Sequence record: NZ_CP097382.1
DNA: 64,000 nt
From: a plasmid
Reading direction: 5' to 3' (one strand)
Position numbers and translations under genes: made by a program. This document shows, piece by piece, positions 49,493 through 60,248 of the stretch (positions are counted from its first letter, which is position 1; every line of letters begins with the position of its first letter). The notes under the pieces were generated by a model. That model saw only the letters and a program-made list of their open reading frames with translations. It searched no databases and was not told the DNA's origin.

Positions 49493-49790
49493 CTAAGGTT
49501 ATTGATAATGAAATTATTTTCACACCTTGAGGACCAAAATGGCAAGTCGTACGCAGATAAATAACCGGCTCTTCGATGTATTTTGCAACTCTTTTGGTTG
49601 GATTTTCAGGGCAGGGTTTATTGTTGATTAATCCTTTCTCGCCATCTCGTTCATAAGCTCTTTTCCAAGTATAAAAAGTTTCTCTACTGCTCCCAAAATG
49701 ACGACAAGTTTTAGCAATATTTTTGCTCTCACGGGCATGATTTAAGATTTTTGTTTTATGTGCAATATCTCGTTTAGCTTTAATGTTCAT
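49485..49790 (-). pseudogene. N-terminal fragment of an IS481/IS3-like HTH transposase
   Basis: 101 aa. …SRETFYTWKRAYERDGEKGLINNKPCPENPTKRV… is a transposase HTH segment. No catalytic domain follows. Confidence 0.4.
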
Positions 49791-49859
49791 TATATCTGAC
49801 CTCCGGCGACAATTAGGAAAAACTAATTGTCAACCGAAGTCCAGACTTTCATAGTGTCT

Positions 49860-51023
49860 TTATAAATAACATAATTCAATGATAGAGCGTCCCTTGAATT
49901 TAATTCCTTTATTAACATTGAGCAAATAGGCTTTATTAATAAAGGCTTGGACTTTTATTATACCTTTTATATTGGAAAAAAGAACAGGTTGTAAGCTCCC
50001 TAATTTAGCCCAAGATGTAATTTTATTGGAGGAATTATTTGGTAATAGATCCCCATTTGTATGTTGCCAAACTACATAAGGATCTCCACAAGAAGAATTA
50101 CCTGAGATTGGCTGTACTTTTTCAGCCTTATTATTATCGATATATAAAGAATTTAAGTCTAACGCTACGGCATAACCACCAATAGGAATACCTTCTTGAG
50201 TATTACCTAGCCCCCCGGCCATCATAGAGTGGCTCAATAACTGAACAGGAGGGAGGCCATAACCGTTAATGCCTTCTTGTTTATTTGGAGCTAGTGACGG
50301 TTTCATTTGATTAGAAACTTGGATAGCTATGGCCGTTTTTCCTGAATCACATTGTACAGTAAAGTTAATGTTTTTTTCAGGTAATATTGTATAAGAATAG
50401 TCATTTAGCTCATATCTATTTATAACACCATAATCAATGGAGGTCGAATCAACAATAAGATTACATGCGGTGGTCATTTCTGAATAGCTAATAGCTAAAC
50501 TTGTAGTTCCACCTAGCGTTTGTAAAGGTATTTGGCTTCTAACAATAACACCTTTTTTACTCAATGAATTAATTTTTAAATCAACAACTAAATTGAAGGA
50601 AAATACTTTTCCTTTTTTATCCTGAGCGGGTTGAATACGTATGTTGGGGTGAACTTTAATATCACTTTGTGATGAGTTGATTCTATTTGAACTATTTAAT
50701 TCAATAGCATCTAATAAAATAGGTTTCCCATCGAGCATTGCATTATTTATATTTAAAATAGCTTCAGATGTATTATTTGAAAATGTATTACTACTTTTAG
50801 AAAACTCAAGGTATGGAGTAATTTCTTCACTACATTCTATTACTACTGGAACAATTCGGGTTCCTGCATATACTGCGCCATCTTGTTTTTTTGTATTAAA
50901 ATCAGCCAAGGTATCATAGTTAATCTCATTAGCTCCCAAGCGGATGTTACATGTTCCGTGGCTATCCGATGCGAATGCACTAAAAGATAGGAAAGTAAGT
51001 AGTCCTGCAATTAATTTTATCAT
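49860..51023 (-). CDS. Fimbrial tip adhesin-like protein (locus 2)
   Basis: 387 aa with a signal peptide. It is the last gene after the usher and has adhesin size. Confidence 0.5.
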   Translation of the reverse strand: MIKLIAGLLTFLSFSAFASDSHGTCNIRLGANEINYDTLADFNTKKQDGAVYAGTRIVPVVIECSEEITPYLEFSKSSNTFSNNTSEAILNINNAMLDGKPILLDAIELNSSNRINSSQSDIKVHPNIRIQPAQDKKGKVFSFNLVVDLKINSLSKKGVIVRSQIPLQTLGGTTSLAISYSEMTTACNLIVDSTSIDYGVINRYELNDYSYTILPEKNINFTVQCDSGKTAIAIQVSNQMKPSLAPNKQEGINGYGLPPVQLLSHSMMAGGLGNTQEGIPIGGYAVALDLNSLYIDNNKAEKVQPISGNSSCGDPYVVWQHTNGDLLPNNSSNKITSWAKLGSLQPVLFSNIKGIIKVQAFINKAYLLNVNKGIKFKGRSIIELCYL

Positions 51024-51024
51024 T

Positions 51025-53400
51025 CTAAATCCTTTGGTCAGTCACAAAACAAATGGGATTTATTATTGTAAATAGCTCAGTTTTTGAAATGCTAATATCT
51101 TCGCTAAGATCAATAGTACATTTTTTATTATCATCTATTTCAACAAAGTAATTAGTCGGTAGGGATAAATTATCAATAATAATTCGTCCAGCATTGTCAG
51201 TTATTGTCAGTAAATTACCCATTTTATCATATACTCTTAAATTTTTTGAGAGTTTTTTCCCATTAAAAGATGGGATCAAAATAGCGCGGTTAACTTTATT
51301 AACGTAGAAATTAACTAAGGGAACACTTCCACTGGCAGGTTGAAATTCTATGATCCCATAAGGCGCATTCATATTTTTAGGTAATTTTTGATAGTCTATC
51401 TTGGCATAATTAGTTCTATAACTATCTATGCTAGGGATTACCGCGTAACCTTTACTATTCGTCATCACGGTTCCTGATGACGATTGTATTGGAATATTTT
51501 CCTGATTTTCCGTTTTTGCTATAGCAAACGTGTTCGATATTCGTTTTGATGAAAAAATGAGTTCATTGTCAAAATAAACCATCCCGCCTGATAGTGCCCC
51601 ATAGTAACTGTTGGTATTATTACCTTTACTAACATTGCCCGAAAGTAAAGTCACTGGGGTCGTATAATTAACATTTAATGAGGCGCTTTGATTGCTAGGA
51701 TAAGTATTTTTAATTGTACTAACAGAATAACTTAAGTAATCATTATTATGATTACTATATCTTGTTCCGTAACTTTTATTATCGCCGTAATGATTCATCC
51801 AACTTGATACGTTTTGCCTATTTCCTAACGAAATATCTACATTCAAATAAATAGTATTATCATTTGTGTTGTTATATAACCTTCGCTCATAGCCTAAATA
51901 AACGTTGTATTTATCTGAAAATAAATTATTCCAAGTTGCACTATAATAATTTATTGTTCTATCACCAATAGAACGGTTCCAATTTAACGAAAACGACCCT
52001 AGATTATTGACGTGTGAGTTTGCACCAATACCATATTGAGTTTCACTACTTTTTACATTATTTGAATAAATATTTGTATCATAATTATTTAATGTTTCAT
52101 TAAAGTCTTTATATTCTTTGCTCCGATATAACGAATTCGCCACTAAATTAGCGTTAGCAGCGATAGGGTAATTATAGCTTAATGTATAATATTCACCATA
52201 TTTTTTATCTCTATCTTTAGATATGTTAGTTGTTATCGTCGCTAAGGATAAATTCGGAAACGAATAAGTATTACTTAACCCTAGTCCTTGATAATCTTTT
52301 GATGCAAGTCCTCCGACAAAAATCAGCATATCAGGACGTAAATTAAATCCTTTGCTTATATTCATAACATAGGGTTTTTTATCTACATTATTTTGATTAA
52401 CCTTACCAAAACCAAAATTTATATCTTTATTCATATTATTTGTGGCTAATATAAATGAGCTGACAGGGACAATAAATGTATTTTTTTTATTACTTTGATT
52501 TATTACTGTTACAGATAAATCTAATCTATTATTTAATAGCGGTAGGTTTTCCAATGTATAAGGTCCTTCCGGTACCGTTGTTGTATATATTAAAATCCCC
52601 GCCTGCCTGACTTCAATAATAGAGCGTTCATATGCGATGCCACTGACAATTCCACCGTCTTGAGATGAGTTATCTAATGCCAATTCAGGAGATAACTGAA
52701 AACCAATAACTTGCCCAGAGCTAAAAAATGAATTAGGTAAACTAATCTGACCTATCTGCAAGTTTTTTTTCAAGGATTCTAGTGTTTTTTCTGCATATAA
52801 GGTTTGATGATCGAAACTTGTTTTACCATTAAAATGGGTATATGTTTGATCGCTTCGTACAATCCAATTATATATATTGAACCCTACTGTGAAATTTGAA
52901 TTCAAGAATGATTGAGAATGAAAATCACTTTTAGAAGAAAAATATTTTATATCATAATTGAGAACACCGGATTTTCCTGTATGGATCCAATTATCATTTT
53001 TTTTATTTCTTAACAGTGATGGTGATGCATATATATTGACCCGTAAATCACCCGGTATGAGTTCTATCTCTAAGTTATTGTACTCTTTTATTGTTGGACA
53101 CGTTGATTTACTTTTGGATAGAGCAATATCTGTAGTGTCAATAAACTGAGTATTAAGACAAAGCTCTCCTTTAACATTAAATAAAAAAGAGCTTTGACCA
53201 ATATAATTATCATTCAAGAAAACACTAACAATACTTTCACCTTGAGGAAAATGCGCCTTTTCACTGTACAACTTCGCAACATCAGTTGGTATACCTTTAT
53301 GTTTTAGAACATCTTGATCGAAAATGACTTCTTCTGCGTATGAATAAGTCGCTAGAAATAGTAAAATTGTAACAATTTTAAGCTTCTTTTTTCTAATCAT
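51025..53400 (-). CDS. Fimbrial usher (locus 2)
   Basis: 791 aa with a signal peptide, Asn/Tyr-rich beta-barrel composition, positioned between the chaperone and the adhesin. Confidence 0.8.
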   Translation of the reverse strand: MIRKKKLKIVTILLFLATYSYAEEVIFDQDVLKHKGIPTDVAKLYSEKAHFPQGESIVSVFLNDNYIGQSSFLFNVKGELCLNTQFIDTTDIALSKSKSTCPTIKEYNNLEIELIPGDLRVNIYASPSLLRNKKNDNWIHTGKSGVLNYDIKYFSSKSDFHSQSFLNSNFTVGFNIYNWIVRSDQTYTHFNGKTSFDHQTLYAEKTLESLKKNLQIGQISLPNSFFSSGQVIGFQLSPELALDNSSQDGGIVSGIAYERSIIEVRQAGILIYTTTVPEGPYTLENLPLLNNRLDLSVTVINQSNKKNTFIVPVSSFILATNNMNKDINFGFGKVNQNNVDKKPYVMNISKGFNLRPDMLIFVGGLASKDYQGLGLSNTYSFPNLSLATITTNISKDRDKKYGEYYTLSYNYPIAANANLVANSLYRSKEYKDFNETLNNYDTNIYSNNVKSSETQYGIGANSHVNNLGSFSLNWNRSIGDRTINYYSATWNNLFSDKYNVYLGYERRLYNNTNDNTIYLNVDISLGNRQNVSSWMNHYGDNKSYGTRYSNHNNDYLSYSVSTIKNTYPSNQSASLNVNYTTPVTLLSGNVSKGNNTNSYYGALSGGMVYFDNELIFSSKRISNTFAIAKTENQENIPIQSSSGTVMTNSKGYAVIPSIDSYRTNYAKIDYQKLPKNMNAPYGIIEFQPASGSVPLVNFYVNKVNRAILIPSFNGKKLSKNLRVYDKMGNLLTITDNAGRIIIDNLSLPTNYFVEIDDNKKCTIDLSEDISISKTELFTIINPICFVTDQRI

Positions 53401-54100
53401 TTTGCTGGTTATTTATCTTTATAGTGTATTTTTGAGTGGTTGAATATCCCCACTGAGTAAACGGTTGTATCGTGACTTCATCGATTAGTGTGGGAAGGTG
53501 TTGAGTTGTCGTTAACTCTATAGATTGATTAGGCAAAATATAATTGGATGGCAAGATCCACTGAATATTTCCAGGCAAACTCACAACACTATTGCTTAAC
53601 CTGACGATATAAGGACTAGGGTTGGTTGCGATTAATACGTTTTTTTCATACTTCCACTTTAACAACTCCCAAGGCGTATCATTTTCTGGTAGATTTTTAG
53701 GTTTTATAATAAGAGGAAGGTTTTGGCGAATAGTAAACTTAACCTGATCGGCATCGGGATTTGCTTGAGGTGGAATCCCTTCAAAAATAACTCTCATCAA
53801 TACTTCATGTTTTAACTCTGAATTACTAGTGAGCATAAAGCGGATTAATTGTTTAGCTTTAGGCTCAACCCGGATAAGTTGCGGGGTCGCAATAATTAGA
53901 TCTTGATATTCAGGATCGACATTTACTAATTCTGTTGTTAATAGGACAGGATAGTTATCTGTATTAGTCACTACTATCTCACCATCTTGACTTTTTTCAT
54001 TAACAATAGCAACGGATGTTGCAGGCAGTATACCTGAAGCGAATGATAGAAGAGGGGTTAATAATGAGCCTATTAGTAATAAGTATGTTTTTATTTTCAT
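53393..54100 (-). CDS. Periplasmic fimbrial chaperone (locus 2)
   Basis: 235 aa with a signal peptide and a PapD-like N-terminal domain (…VAIVNEKSQDGEIVVTNTDNYPVLL…). Confidence 0.75.
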   Translation of the reverse strand: MKIKTYLLLIGSLLTPLLSFASGILPATSVAIVNEKSQDGEIVVTNTDNYPVLLTTELVNVDPEYQDLIIATPQLIRVEPKAKQLIRFMLTSNSELKHEVLMRVIFEGIPPQANPDADQVKFTIRQNLPLIIKPKNLPENDTPWELLKWKYEKNVLIATNPSPYIVRLSNSVVSLPGNIQWILPSNYILPNQSIELTTTQHLPTLIDEVTIQPFTQWGYSTTQKYTIKINNQQND

Positions 54101-54159
54101 TTTAGCGGTATCATTTAAATAAGGTAACTAAATTAATTTAACTTAGTTACCTCTAAAAT

Positions 54160-54927
54160 TTAGATATAATTTAATTCAATTGTTGATAAGCCATTGAGTA
54201 ATACTGGTTTATTTTTACCAAACTCTGCAGCTTCTTGACTTACATACGCTTGAACTTGTAAAATTCCGTCATAAATGCTGGCTTCAATAGGAGTTGTTTC
54301 ATTTGCTTTTGCAAAAGACGTTTCTAAATCCATACTGTTTGAAAATAGGTTCCCACCTGAAAGCAACCACATATTGCTTATTGTATTATAATAAATATTC
54401 TGAACTTTATTGCCTGAAAGCGTGGTTAGCGTATTATTTTCGCCCAAGGAACTAATGTTCAAGCTATTAGCTTTGTAACGGACAATATATCCACCAATAT
54501 TTATGCCTGTTGAGGTTTTACCTAATCCAGCCACGCCATTTGAAGCATTTCCTGCGCCAATTCCTAATAATTTAATAGGAAGAGCTGCAAATCCTCGAGA
54601 ATTTTCAGTTGAACCAGCAACGGTACCTAAACGTTTACTCACGGCTGATAATTTAACGGGTGCATTAGCTGAGCAGCGAATTGTAAAACTAGCTTCTTGT
54701 ATTGGTAATGCAGCAAATTTCCCGCCAAAAGCGCCGTCTTCAAATGATAATGTGTCAGGATCGATTAGGCCATAATCGATATTCCCACCACCCGCAATAT
54801 CTAATTCACAAGCTGCGGGGTCAATTCGACCTGTTACGCTAATATCAATAGAGCCAACATTTATGGCTGAAGCTGTAAATGATAAAGCCATTGTAGAAGA
54901 AATAAGGAGCGGTAATAATTTTTTCAT
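54160..54927 (-). CDS. Fimbrial subunit (locus 2, unusually long at about 255 aa)
   Basis: The protein starts MKKLLPLLISSTMALSFTASA, a signal peptide. It has a Cys pair and a C-terminal …TIELNYI. Confidence 0.6.
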   Translation of the reverse strand: MKKLLPLLISSTMALSFTASAINVGSIDISVTGRIDPAACELDIAGGGNIDYGLIDPDTLSFEDGAFGGKFAALPIQEASFTIRCSANAPVKLSAVSKRLGTVAGSTENSRGFAALPIKLLGIGAGNASNGVAGLGKTSTGINIGGYIVRYKANSLNISSLGENNTLTTLSGNKVQNIYYNTISNMWLLSGGNLFSNSMDLETSFAKANETTPIEASIYDGILQVQAYVSQEAAEFGKNKPVLLNGLSTIELNYI

Positions 54928-55592
54928 ATTTGTGTCCAAGGTAATTGATTTATACTTATTATAAGTGTATTTGCGGATAAAATATAATTAAAAACCATTT
55001 GCACTTGTAAGTTAATGTTAATAAATTTATTATTCTATTAATTATAGAATAATATACTTCCTGTTTTTCGTAAAATGTATGTTCTATAATTGTATATTCC
55101 TGAGAGCTACTTAGAAAACAGAAAATATCCGGTTATGTATTCAATCTGGTGTGGAATCTGTAATATACGGTAATTTATGGTGAGTATTTATAACCTAGGT
55201 CTATGTAAGGTGCCCATTTTGTCAACGAACTCCTTCAGTGAAAAAATATGGTGTAGGGAGAACACGACATCAACGTTATTGCTGCTAAAATTGATGCTGA
55301 AGCTTCCAAGCGGATTATGAATATCGAACCGGCCAACTCCCGGTACTAAAGATAAAATTATTTATCTTACGAAGAATAATGCCAGTATTTGTGATACTGA
55401 TAGAGCCCTTCATATCAGCATCAATTTGCTTGTTCGTCTGTTAAAATACTCTTGCCGAGGCGGATAACATCTTTGCCGCTTGATAATTTGCACCTTCATA
55501 GAGCGTTTATTGAAGTGATCTCCATATTGAATGCATGACCTCATTTTGTTGCGTAGAACAATCACTGATGTTGTATAGCTTAACGGTGTAGT

Positions 55593-56945
55593 AGACTGGC
55601 ACCTTAGATCTCCAGATAGTTGGAGTCACTTAAATTAGTGATAATCTTAATACTAGTTTTTAGACTAGTTCTTGGAGATAACATGATCGATATATTAGGT
55701 CCTGAAGGCAGAAAACGACGTTCCCCACAAGAAAAAATCGCATTTTTCAGCAAAGCTTTGAGTCGGGTATGAGTGTTTCCATGGTTGCTCGCCAACATGG
55801 TGTTGCTGCAAGCCAGCTTTTCCTTTGGCGTAAGCAGTATCAAGAAGTAAGCCTGACTGAGGTGACACACAGTGACCGCAGGTGAACAAGTTGTTTCTGC
55901 CTCTGAGCTAGCCTCCGCAATAAAGCAAATTAAAGAGCTACAGCGTTTACTCGGCCAAAAAACAATGGAAAATGAACTTCTTAAAGAAGCTGTCGAGTAT
56001 GACCGCAAAAAAAGCGGACTGCGCTCGCGCCCTTATTACCCAAGGATGGAAAATAAGTTTAGTGAGCCGAACGCTACGAGTGTCACGAGCGCAGTTATAC
56101 GTTCTAGTAAAACGAAAAAGCGATTGTAAAGATGGACGAGGACGGTACCCTCAAGGTGATAATGATGCCCTTGCACGTATACACAATGTGATTGATAAGC
56201 TGCCAACGTATGGCTATCGCCGTGTCTGGGCAATACTTCGTCGGCAATCTGAAAATGAAGGTATCGCGATTATAAATGCCAAACGCGTTTACCGAATTAT
56301 GAAGCAATCCGCATTATTATTGGAACGTAAACCTGAAATCCCAGTCTCAACGCGAGCTCATACAGGAAAAGTGTCGGTGAGTGAAAGCAACCAACGTTGG
56401 TGTTCAGATGGTTTTGAGTTCCGATGTGATAATGGCAGAGAAACTGCGCGTTACGTTCGCTTTAGACTGTTTTGATCGCGAAGCCCTTCATTGGGCAGCC
56501 AGCACGGGAGGCTTCGACAGTGAAACCGTGCAAAATGACATGTTAGGTGCAGTGGAGCATCGTTTCGGTAACGGGTTGCCTTCAAAGTCAGTTGAGTGGT
56601 TGACAGACAATGGCTCAGCGTATCGAGCCCATGAAACAAGGTGGTTCGCTAAACAAGTTGGTTTATCCCCTCTAGACATACGGCGGTGCGGAGTTCACAA
56701 AGTAATGGAATAGCAGAAAGCTTTGTAAAAATCATGAAGCGTGATTACATAAGCCTCATGTCAAAACCTAACGGATTAACGGCAGTAAAGAATCTTGCGG
56801 CAGCCTTCGAGAATTATAATGAATCGCATCCTCACAGTGCACTGAGTTATCGTTCTCCGCGAGAATATCTGCGGTGTCGAATTCATAATGAAATAAGTGA
56901 TATAAAGTGTCTGGAAATATAGGGTCAAATACATGTAAATCCATG
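55593..56945 (+). mobile_element. Decayed IS2-like element (IS3 family) with frameshifted orfA and orfB
   Basis: The left end TAGACTGGC… and the right end …GTCTGGAAATATAGGG…AATCCA resemble the IS2 inverted repeats. OrfA reads [22 protein letters not shown]…[15 protein letters not shown]…[23 protein letters not shown] (compare IS2 InsC). OrfB is split across three frames (…[13 protein letters not shown]…[10 protein letters not shown]… / …[15 protein letters not shown]…[11 protein letters not shown]… / [10 protein letters not shown]…[14 protein letters not shown]). Confidence 0.75.
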
Positions 56946-57154
56946 TCTACGCAAAAACTGAGTGATGATAGTGGGTATAAAATGTTTACAATTGAACTCG
57001 TTTAGTGACATGAATTTATCCTAATGAGGCAATTAATAACCTTATCATTTAGGTAATTTTTGGCGATAAGCCCCACAAATTACCTAAAGCTGGTTCGCGC
57101 ATTGGGGGAACTTAAATACATTTTTTGCTTATCCTAATGATATCTGCAAAGCTA

Positions 57155-57262
57155 TTTATAGAACTAATACTATTGAATCGCTCAACAGAGTCATTCGTTA
57201 TTTAATTGAAAAAAGTAAGGTATTCCTCAACGAGGATTTGTGCAGATAGTAATTTATTTAGA
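57155..57262 (+). pseudogene. Short IS256-family transposase C-terminal fragment
   Basis: …TNTIESLNRVIRYLIEKSKVFLNEDLCR resembles the conserved IS256 Tnp C-terminus (…TNxIESLNxxIRK…KVFP…). Confidence 0.35.
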
Positions 57263-57730
57263 GATTGAATCGGTGTCTGAAAAATGGAGTATGTCAATAC
57301 AAAACTGGAAATAGGCAATCAGTCGTTTTATTATAACGTTTGGTGACCGCCTAGACGGTCACCTTTAAATGAAAGATAAATGCAAAGAATTATTTACAGG
57401 GCTGTGTTCAGCAATGAGCTCTCTATGCCCCATGTCAATGTTCATAACAAGAATCACCTGTAAATAATACATGAGAAACTTACACTAAATTATCTGCAGG
57501 TTCAACTTAAGCACAAATAACAGTAAATCAAAACATTCTTTAAACCAATCATGTAAAATAGTTATTATTGTTTTTAATTAATCTACTTTAAACAATAAAT
57601 AGAGTTATATTGAATTATTAATTCATCATTCATCTATTTGATTTAAATTATGATACATATCGTATAGCCATAATGAAAAATCAATTATATTTTGTAAATC
57701 ACTCGTATTTTACACATAGGCATATCATGA

Positions 57731-58036
57731 CTATGATTTTTTTATTATCGATGAACTTACATGGTGACATAAATATTCAAAAGGCAGTTCTTCCTTATCT
57801 ATAACCAATAAATCAAACAGTGTAACACCTAAAATTTCACTGATTTCAAATAAAAAATCAACTGTAATTTTGTTGACCCCTCGCTCATAACGAGACACTT
57901 GTTGTTGGCTAATGTTTAACATTCTCGCTAGTTTCTCACCTGTGATGCCTTTTTCCTTCCGAATACAATGTATTTTTTTTCCAATTAATATACTCACCGG
58001 ATAGCCTTTATTCTTCATCATAATATTATATTTCAC
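57731..58036 (-). CDS. MrpJ-like XRE-family HTH regulator (second copy)
   Basis: 101 aa. …GEKLARMLNISQQQVSRYERG… has the same ISQQQVSRYE core as the regulator at 31903. It lies at the distal end of fimbrial remnant locus 3. Confidence 0.65.
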   Translation of the reverse strand: MKYNIMMKNKGYPVSILIGKKIHCIRKEKGITGEKLARMLNISQQQVSRYERGVNKITVDFLFEISEILGVTLFDLLVIDKEELPFEYLCHHVSSSIIKKS

Positions 58037-58096
58037 TCTTTATTGGTGTGATAATACTTAAAAATAACACTACGAATTGTTAATATTGAATAACAA

Positions 58097-59224
58097 TCAT
58101 CTCAATACAATAGATAGCTCAGCACTTCCTTTAATTTTACCGGTGATATCCGTTCCTCGTGAATAGAGATTATATGTAATCGGATAGCTAAAATTCGTAT
58201 TTGATTGGTTTGCATTAATATTGCCGATATTAATGAATTCTCGATTAAACGGAATATTTGTTGGCCTACCATCAATATCAATGGACATCGTGACATAAGC
58301 TCCCGCTTTATTTTCACTGTTGAGTAAATTGACTTCATATTCATTGCCGGAATAATAAAGGACGTTAATACCGGCAGATAATGATAAGGTTGCCGATATA
58401 GGCTCCGTTTTTTGTTGACAATTTACTAATAAGTTGCCACCTGATTTCGTCGCTAATAATTGACCTGCACTTGAATTTGCGGGTTGTGGGCCAAAGTCAA
58501 TCGACGTAGGAACCATCAATGTGCACCCCAAATCACTAACATCAACATTATAGCGCCCCGCTGGCATTACCACTCCTGTTGGGAAGGGACCTGGACTACG
58601 AGGATCTCGAAGCAATAGTTGCAAAGGATTTGGTAAATTTATCCAACCTGACCGTTGCTCGCCTGTCCCATATATTAAGACACGCCCTGTAGCACTGACA
58701 TTATGATAGACTGAAAAACCATCTTTCCCATTATTCGGAGTAGATTGATTGGGAAGCCAGATACATCCATTCGGATTTCCTAAGTGTTGGCTGGTTGTAG
58801 ACCCATAGCCATTAAATATCGCGGTCACCGTATCTTGGAAGCTATTACCCCTTATATTCCAACTGCGATTATCCGTATATATAACCTCAGGGACTAACAT
58901 CAGTGTTTTTTGAGAATTGAGCGGTACCCCCATAACTCCATCAATTTCCATTAAATCTGACTCACCGAGTCTGCAAGCAGTATTACCTCCATAAAAAGTC
59001 AATTGTACGTAGGCACTAGGAAGAAAACTAACCTCATTAAGCGTATTTCCATAGAGTCTGACTGAAAATGATTCCCTCATCACTCCCACTAAGCCTCGGC
59101 CATTTTGCACTACAAAAGAATCATAACTGTATGCATAAGGCAAATAGCCCATTAAAATTAATCCAGCCCAGCATATTTTGATATAGTGGTGAAAACAAAA
59201 TATCAACTGCAATAGTAATTTCAT
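58097..59224 (-). CDS. Fimbrial tip adhesin-like protein (locus 3)
   Basis: 375 aa. It sits directly downstream of the usher fragment and has adhesin size and two-domain character. Confidence 0.5.
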   Translation of the reverse strand: MKLLLQLIFCFHHYIKICWAGLILMGYLPYAYSYDSFVVQNGRGLVGVMRESFSVRLYGNTLNEVSFLPSAYVQLTFYGGNTACRLGESDLMEIDGVMGVPLNSQKTLMLVPEVIYTDNRSWNIRGNSFQDTVTAIFNGYGSTTSQHLGNPNGCIWLPNQSTPNNGKDGFSVYHNVSATGRVLIYGTGEQRSGWINLPNPLQLLLRDPRSPGPFPTGVVMPAGRYNVDVSDLGCTLMVPTSIDFGPQPANSSAGQLLATKSGGNLLVNCQQKTEPISATLSLSAGINVLYYSGNEYEVNLLNSENKAGAYVTMSIDIDGRPTNIPFNREFINIGNINANQSNTNFSYPITYNLYSRGTDITGKIKGSAELSIVLR

Positions 59225-59235
59225 GGAATAACACC

Positions 59236-60050
59236 TTAACGTAATGAATTGGAATAAGTGGAGCCAGGAATGCTCAATTGACGGAGTGACGAATACGGGT
59301 TCTCTGCAGCTTCTGCCAAATTAAATTCAGCCCGACAACGCTGAACATCAGTATTTCCCCATTTTACATCAAGGTACCCTATCTCAGATAGACCGGATAA
59401 GTACACCTGACCACCATCCCCAACAATACTGGTGTTTTGTTCAGCAGAGTCGTTGTCACTATGGACAACCACTGTCGCTCCCAACGGTATCATGGCCTCA
59501 CATTTTTAATGTCATTAAGGCTTAATACCCATTTTTCGTTTGAAAATGGGCTTTCACAATTGCTCCTTTAGTGGGGTAAAGATTGATGGAAGTCTCTTCC
59601 GTTGTGATATTTTCAAGAAGCGTATTCACGTCTAAATTCACGGTATTCTTACTGTAATCAATCAAATAAGGCACCACCGTATACCCACCAGAGTCAACCG
59701 TCGCTATTCCTCCGTTTAATGTGCTTCCTACAGTATCAGGTGCTTCAACTACTGCCATTGAGGTCCCCATAAAGCGGCTAAATGTCACCCCGTGGGCATG
59801 AGCAATGAGTCCCCCATTCGCGTTGAGGTTCAAAGATTGACTTTCACTACCATAACTGTAGCCGCCCCCCCAAATACACATTGTCACCTTGATAACCCAG
59901 ATTTAGCGTGCTGTTGTGGTGTTGAGCCTGATTATCCCCACTCGCCGTTAATTGGTAGGTCAAAGCATTATCAAGTAATCGCCCAGTAATCCCTAATTGC
60001 TGATCCGCGCGCCCTTGATTATCGTGACTAATTTTTATTACAAACAAATA
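59236..60050 (-). pseudogene. Fimbrial usher, C-terminal about 270 codons only, frameshifted
   Basis: Three frame fragments match usher C-terminal regions (…HAHGVTFSRFMGTSMAVVEAPD…GYTVVPYL… / …IVGDGGQVYLSGL…KWG…). No N-terminal two-thirds and no upstream pilin or chaperone genes are present. Confidence 0.6.
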
Positions 60051-60210
60051 GATATTATATTTAATATATAAAATGAAGATTGAAAGTTATTATTTTCATT
60101 CATCAATAAATAATTAATCAAAATAATAACCTCTAATTCCGATTGCATCAAAAAGATAAATATTATGGTGATAATAATTAAGGATTTGATTTAAGTAAAA
60201 CTGTTAGTTC

Positions 60211-60248
60211 TGATCGAGATAGCCTATTGTGATAGGTTATCTCGATCA
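60211..60248. repeat. 38-bp near-perfect palindrome
   Basis: TGATCGAGATA-G-CCTAT-TGTGA-ATAGG-T-TATCTCGATCA. Confidence 0.6.

Noticed and set aside
54927-54939. Upstream in-frame Met (MDTNM…) for the locus-2 pilin, and similar upstream Mets for traV (1910), traN (7857), traI (20844), repA (26374 GTG) and the Rpn gene (28982)
   Set aside because: Signal-peptide position, RBS placement or stop/start overlap with the upstream gene favour the downstream start codons given in the feature table.
55230-55590. Possible degraded gene immediately left of the IS2-like element
   Set aside because: Translations in all frames give only short stop-ridden peptides with no recognisable family. Likely interrupted intergenic or target DNA.
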